64,000 nucleotides of DNA from an uncultured Candidatus Saccharibacteria bacterium. GTDB taxonomy: Bacteria > Patescibacteriota > Minisyncoccia > Phycocordibacterales > CAZTPW01. The DNA lies in contig CAZTPW010000001.1 of NCBI GenBank assembly GCA_964615725.1, forward strand, positions 18,700-82,699, given 5' to 3'. The position numbers and the translations under genes are program-made. This document shows, piece by piece, positions 59,795 to 64,000 of the stretch. The notes beneath the pieces are model-generated. The model searched no databases. It worked only from the letters and a program-made list of their open reading frames with translations, and had not been told where the DNA came from. Positions within the stretch are counted from its first letter, which is position 1; the number at the start of each line of letters is the position of its first letter.

Positions 59795-60448
59795 CTATAA
59801 GATTACATTAACAATGTTTCCGGGGTGATGTATATATTGATGAGGATTTTCAACTTTTATAATCTGCCCATTCTGCTCGTATATCTTTATCGGTGATTGG
59901 TAGTCAGAATGAGGTGGTGTGTTGCTATTCATACTATCAAAAAACTCCTTCGAGGTTGATTCTTCAACATCGAGACCGATCTCAGGCTTGAGAGAAACCC
60001 TTTGGTTTTTGGTATCCAAGAAAATAATTCTTTCGACCATCGGCTGGACTAAGCCGGTAAAATCAGGTGGCTGGGTGCCGTCGATTCCTTTTGCAAGATC
60101 AGCTCGTTTAAGTCGCAATGAAATTCCATAAGGGGAAACAAAATAGATTGAGTCTGAAATTGATGGCTCTACTTCCCCTGTAGTAAACACAAAAGGGAAA
60201 ATATCTGCCCTGCTCACTAGATAGTTCTCAATAACGAGACTTGGGTTTTCGAATGATGAATACTGCTTAATTTTTCTCTTAAGTTCTTGGTTTATATTCC
60301 ATAATTCACGCATAAGACCCTCTGGAATAATCTCCAGGCGAAAAGGAACATTCTCGAGTGCGGCTTTTTCGGTTTCCTGAGCACTTTTTAAATCCTCAAC
60401 CAACTTGAGGAAACCAGTATCGGGAACATTTTTGCCTTCGATTGACAT
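59795..60448 (-). CDS. Hypothetical protein (217 aa)
   Basis: Intact ORF with no motif recognised. Confidence 0.4.
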   Translation of the reverse strand: MSIEGKNVPDTGFLKLVEDLKSAQETEKAALENVPFRLEIIPEGLMRELWNINQELKRKIKQYSSFENPSLVIENYLVSRADIFPFVFTTGEVEPSISDSIYFVSPYGISLRLKRADLAKGIDGTQPPDFTGLVQPMVERIIFLDTKNQRVSLKPEIGLDVEESTSKEFFDSMNSNTPPHSDYQSPIKIYEQNGQIIKVENPHQYIHHPGNIVNVIL

Positions 60449-60450
60449 GA

Positions 60451-61326
60451 TTAGAGTGCATTAAAAAGTCTCAGCTTTTCCTCGACAGCTTTTTGCATTG
60501 CTTCACGAGGTGCCTTGAGGTATTTGTACGGAGCAACTTCGTCTGGATGATCCTTCAACACCTTATCGAGCGCATTGCGATATGTAACACGAAGCTCAGT
60601 ACTTATATGTACGATACCGCAGCCATGCGAGATTGCTCCCAAAAAATCTTCGATAGACCCACCTGAACCCCCGTGAAGCACGAGCGGAATACCGACCGCT
60701 TCGCTTATCTCACCGATTCGCTTGATATTGAGTGCAGGATCTTTGCCTCCCTTGAGCATTCCATGGATATTTCCGACTGCAGGCGCAAGAAGATCAACGC
60801 CGGTCGCTTCCACGAAACGCTTCGCCTCTTCGGGTTTAGTGAGAAATTCTTCGGTGATCTTTACGCCTTCCGGAATGGCCTCAAGGACTTTGGAAGATTT
60901 CCCAATAAAACCAATCTCAGCCTCAACAAGAATATCCCGACCCTGCTTTTGAGATTGCTCACGTGCATAGTCAACACATTTTTTGGTAGCAGCCACATTG
61001 TCTTCATAGGAAAGCTCGGTGCCATCAAAAATGACCGCGTCAAACCCTACATCAATAGCTTCTTTTACTTTTTCAAATGAATAGGTGTGATCTGCGTTGA
61101 GAAAAACTGGCTGGCCTGTAGTGCGGATTGAACGAACAAGTGCGACGATCTGCTCTACGCCAATAAATTCGCGCTCCCCCTCAGAGACGCCGATGATAAC
61201 GGGTACATTGAGATTTTTGGCAGCCTGTACTACAGCCCAAAAGCCTTCGAGGTTTGAAATATTAAAATGACCGATTGTTTTGTTACTTTTTCGAGCTTCC
61301 TGGATGTATTCTCTGAGTGTTTTCAT
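60451..61326 (-). CDS. fba: Class II (metal-dependent) fructose-bisphosphate aldolase
   Basis: HFNISNLEG...NADHT...GIPLVLHGGSGGS. The start is assigned to MKTLREY (61326). The ORF track extends it to 61365. Confidence 0.9.
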   Translation of the reverse strand: MKTLREYIQEARKSNKTIGHFNISNLEGFWAVVQAAKNLNVPVIIGVSEGEREFIGVEQIVALVRSIRTTGQPVFLNADHTYSFEKVKEAIDVGFDAVIFDGTELSYEDNVAATKKCVDYAREQSQKQGRDILVEAEIGFIGKSSKVLEAIPEGVKITEEFLTKPEEAKRFVEATGVDLLAPAVGNIHGMLKGGKDPALNIKRIGEISEAVGIPLVLHGGSGGSIEDFLGAISHGCGIVHISTELRVTYRNALDKVLKDHPDEVAPYKYLKAPREAMQKAVEEKLRLFNAL

Positions 61327-61370
61327 GGTATTTGGACTATTGATCAATATAGAATAGTTTACCATACATC

Positions 61371-61379
61371 TGCTATAAT
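61371..61379 (+). promoter_or_regulatory. Extended -10 promoter TGCTATAAT placing the transcription start at or near the pfkB ATG (leaderless mRNA)
   Basis: TGnTATAAT at 61371-61379. The ATG at 61386 lies 7 nt downstream of the -10, with no Shine-Dalgarno sequence. Confidence 0.45.
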
Positions 61380-61385
61380 AAATGT

Positions 61386-62408
61386 ATGTTTGGAAAACCT
61401 ATCGACATCCTTGCTATTGGTGACGTTGTCACTGATGCTTTTATAAAAATCAAAGAGGCTCATATCAATTGTTCAATCAACAACACTTCGTGTGAGATTT
61501 GCCTCAAATTTGGTGATAAAGTTCCGTTTGAGTCTGTGACCGAGGTGCGTGGTGTGGGAAATAGCGCCAACGCCGCAGTCAGTGCCTCTCGTCTTGGTCT
61601 CAAGTCAGCCCTGATTGCTCATGTCGGTACTGATCGTTTTGGCAAAGAGTGCATCGAAGAGCTTCAGAGCAACGGCGTGAATACCAAATACATCACTGCA
61701 CATCCGGGTTTTAAAACAAACTATCACTATGTACTATGGTATGGTGCAGAGCGAACGATTTTGGTAAATCACACTGAGTTTCCCTATTCACTCCCAACCA
61801 TTTCAAAAAAGCCTCGCTGGATATATTTGAGTTCACTTGGGCCCAACTCAGAACCTTTTCATCATGAGATATCGGCGTACCTCACAAAAAATCCTGATGT
61901 AAAATTATGCTTCCAGCCTGGTACTTTTCAAATGAAGCTCGGTATCAAAAAACTTGCTGAGATCTATCGACGAACTGAAGTTTTTGTATGTAACACAGAA
62001 GAAGCGCAAAGAATTCTTGGTATAGAGGAGCGCGGTTTTACCGATATCGCATCAATGAAAAAGCTTCTCAGCGACATAGCATCGTATGGACCAAAGATCG
62101 TTCTTATTACTGATGGTCCAAAGGGCACCTATATGTATGATACCCATGATCAGTCATATTATTTCATGCCGATTTATCCAGACCCAAAAGAGCCTGTTGA
62201 GCGTACTGGTTGCGGTGATGCATTTGCATCGACGTTTGTATCAGCTTTAGCACTCGGTAAGACTCCTCTCGAAGCACTTCGCTGGGCACCAGTCAATCCA
62301 ATGTGGGTTGTGCAATTTGTGGGGGCTCAAGAAGGCCTCATGACCCAAGACGAGCTTTTGAAATGGCTTGAAAAAGCCCCTACCGATTATCAGGCCAAGA
62401 AAATCTAG
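61386..62408 (+). CDS. PfkB/ribokinase-family carbohydrate kinase (candidate sugar-phosphate or fructose-6-P kinase)
   Basis: N-terminal GVGNSANAAVSASRLG (GG motif) and C-terminal TGCGDAFASTFVSALALG (DTxGAGD-type anion hole). Confidence 0.8.
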   Translation: MFGKPIDILAIGDVVTDAFIKIKEAHINCSINNTSCEICLKFGDKVPFESVTEVRGVGNSANAAVSASRLGLKSALIAHVGTDRFGKECIEELQSNGVNTKYITAHPGFKTNYHYVLWYGAERTILVNHTEFPYSLPTISKKPRWIYLSSLGPNSEPFHHEISAYLTKNPDVKLCFQPGTFQMKLGIKKLAEIYRRTEVFVCNTEEAQRILGIEERGFTDIASMKKLLSDIASYGPKIVLITDGPKGTYMYDTHDQSYYFMPIYPDPKEPVERTGCGDAFASTFVSALALGKTPLEALRWAPVNPMWVVQFVGAQEGLMTQDELLKWLEKAPTDYQAKKI

Positions 62409-62758
62409 TTCCAATACTCTTCTGGTAGGATGTTGAGCTTTTGAATATACTGTGACGCTTGCTCTGGACTTGGTGATTTTTCTCGAGTTGGAAAACGAAG
62501 TCGAGCGGCGGAAACCAAATGCTCGAGTTTTTTAATCCTTTCTGAAAGGACCGCAGAGAGTCCTGGATCAATCTTGCCTTGCGCAAGTTCTACAAAACCC
62601 TTGAGTGCTGTCACAGTGTTTGCATAGGATTGTGCCCAGGTATTCTGGGTTGATTCGAAATCGTGTTGAATGCGCTCTTCTGCATTTTCAATAACGCCTT
62701 GAATTCTTTGGAGAATGGCGACCTGCTCAGCAGATGAGGGTTGTTCGATGGCTTCCAT
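62405..62758 (-). CDS. Hypothetical helical protein (~117 aa from MEAIEQ)
   Basis: Lies immediately downstream of the transketolase subunit. Predicted coiled-coil. Confidence 0.35.
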   Translation of the reverse strand: MEAIEQPSSAEQVAILQRIQGVIENAEERIQHDFESTQNTWAQSYANTVTALKGFVELAQGKIDPGLSAVLSERIKKLEHLVSAARLRFPTREKSPSPEQASQYIQKLNILPEEYWN

Positions 62759-62759
62759 G

Positions 62760-63773
62760 CTATTTCTTTTTCGCGAGAACGCTTTTAACTGCTTTATAAA
62801 TATCTTTGGTGTCCATGTGATAATGCTCAATGAGTTCGTCGGGGGTACCAGATTGGCCAAATTCATCCTTCACTCCAATAAATTCTATAGGCACAGGCAT
62901 ATTTGAGGCGAGACACTCGGCCACTGCCCCACCCATACCACCAGCGATCTGATGTTCCTCAACCGTAACGATTGCTCCAGCCTCTTTTGCAAGGCGCGTA
63001 ATCGCAGCGACGTCGAGTGGCTTAATCGTTGAGAGATTCATAACAGTAACTGCAATTTTTTCTTTCTCAAGATCCCTTGCTGCGAGAAGCGCTCGATGCA
63101 CGAGTGCGCCTGTCGCAATAATTCCCACATCCGCCTTTCCAGAAACTGGCTGCCAAAAGATCTGAGCTTTTCCAATTTCAAATGGGGTTGATTCGGTGGT
63201 GATCACAGGAGTTGCCTCGCGCGCGAGTCTGACATAGCTTGGGCTTTCGGTCTTGGTGATTGCAATTGTGGCCTTTTTCGCTTCAAGCGCATCACAAGGA
63301 GAAATAACGACCATTCGAGGAATCACTCGAGTGATTGCAATGTCCTCGATAGCTTGATGGGTTCCGCCATCTGGACCCACCGAAATACCCGCATGGGAGC
63401 CTGCGATTTTTACTGGGCGATCATTGTATGCAATGGTGGTACGAATCTGCTCCCAATTCCGGCCAGGTGAAAACATTGCATATGAGGTGATAAAGGGAAT
63501 TTTTCCCATTGCAGCCATACCTGAAGCAACACTTGCAAGATTTTGTTCCGCTACTCCGATTTCAATAAAACGCTCCGGAAACTTTTTCTTGAATGCTGTC
63601 ATGTGTGTCGAATCAGTGAGATCTGCACAAAGACCGACAATGCGAGGATCAGCCTCAGCTGAAAGAAGGAGTCCTTCGCCAAACCCCTTTCGAATTGCCG
63701 CCTTCTCGACATCCTTGTCGAAGATTTTTGGATTGAGTTTTGATGATTGATTAAGCATTGAATTTTCGTGCAT
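62760..63773 (-). CDS. tktB: Transketolase C-terminal subunit (split transketolase, pyrimidine-binding plus C-terminal domains)
   Basis: GVAEQNLASVASGMAAMGKIPFITSYAMF ... GPDGGTHQAIEDIAITRVIP. Confidence 0.88.
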   Translation of the reverse strand: MHENSMLNQSSKLNPKIFDKDVEKAAIRKGFGEGLLLSAEADPRIVGLCADLTDSTHMTAFKKKFPERFIEIGVAEQNLASVASGMAAMGKIPFITSYAMFSPGRNWEQIRTTIAYNDRPVKIAGSHAGISVGPDGGTHQAIEDIAITRVIPRMVVISPCDALEAKKATIAITKTESPSYVRLAREATPVITTESTPFEIGKAQIFWQPVSGKADVGIIATGALVHRALLAARDLEKEKIAVTVMNLSTIKPLDVAAITRLAKEAGAIVTVEEHQIAGGMGGAVAECLASNMPVPIEFIGVKDEFGQSGTPDELIEHYHMDTKDIYKAVKSVLAKKK

Positions 63774-64000
63774 TTTTAAGGGTATAGTACAAAGCGCTCA
63801 AACCCCACCCTGTTACAAAAAGTCCAAAAACATACTGAGCAAAAAGTTTTATTGAGGTCGCGGGTCCAAATTGGGTGCCGAATGAATTCATGACGAAAAG
63901 CGGTTGTGGGCAAGGTGCCTTGATACAGTAGATTGTGGGCTGTGAAAAAGTGATATCTCCAAGCAAGCATGCGATGGTAAAAACAACAATACCAATCAAG
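63751..64000 (-). CDS. C-terminal part of an integral membrane protein (partial; continues beyond the window)
   Basis: Two hydrophobic helices and a CIKAPC pair. It is not the expected transketolase N-terminal subunit. Confidence 0.3.
   Translation of the reverse strand, partial: LIGIVVFTIACLLGDITFSQPTIYCIKAPCPQPLFVMNSFGTQFGPATSIKLFAQYVFGLFVTGWGLSALYYTLKNARKFNA

Noticed and set aside
1-64000. Search for a CRISPR array, rRNA, IS/transposase, integrase or prophage genes
   Set aside because: No regularly spaced direct repeats, no rRNA-like conserved stretches and no DDE or tyrosine-recombinase motifs were seen. The tRNA-Thr has no adjacent integrase.

Overview
This is a gene-dense window (about 90% coding, mostly on the minus strand) from a moderately AT-rich bacterial genome, roughly 45% GC by eye. 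Several features suggest a reduced, Gram-positive-like or CPR/Patescibacteria-like lineage: RpoB (1071 aa), ThrRS, PheT and DnaE are shortened, transketolase is split, and a sortase plus a sortase-signal surface protein and a type IV pilin are present. The housekeeping core is intact. Both ends are incomplete. The left end holds a partial UvrD-type helicase with a C-terminal RecB-like nuclease tail; the right end holds a partial membrane protein. Between them run DoxX; the rpoB-rpoC-dnaG-rpoD block; ppiB-trmD-KH-rpsP, then divergent rnr; SMC-like ATPase; ung; rnc; a NusB-NUDIX fusion; rpmF; rnhB; dnaE; thrS; and gyrB. This is followed by pheST; a processive GT2 synthase; tRNA-Thr(UGU); tsf-rpsB; prfA-rpmE; a lytic transglycosylase; rplY; fba and pfkB; and a transketolase C-terminal subunit. 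Many GC-rich hairpin terminators can be read directly. No CRISPR array, rRNA, transposase or integrase was seen. Accessory or unexplained content comprises: (1) an AT-rich two-gene operon of large unknown proteins (42554-45371) capped by a 17-bp perfect palindrome; (2) an AT-rich islet (29479-31606) with an APH/choline-kinase-fold phosphotransferase, an orphan pilin and two mini membrane proteins; (3) a sortase and FN3/PKD surface-protein pair with a VPATG sorting signal; (4) GC-rich islets (19664-21273 and 25571-26503) carrying unknown enzymes; (5) domain-architecture oddities (NusB-NUDIX fusion, hinge-less short SMC); and (6) promoters overlapped by inverted repeats. All functional calls rest on reading the translated ORFs and motifs by eye. 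No database searches were run.
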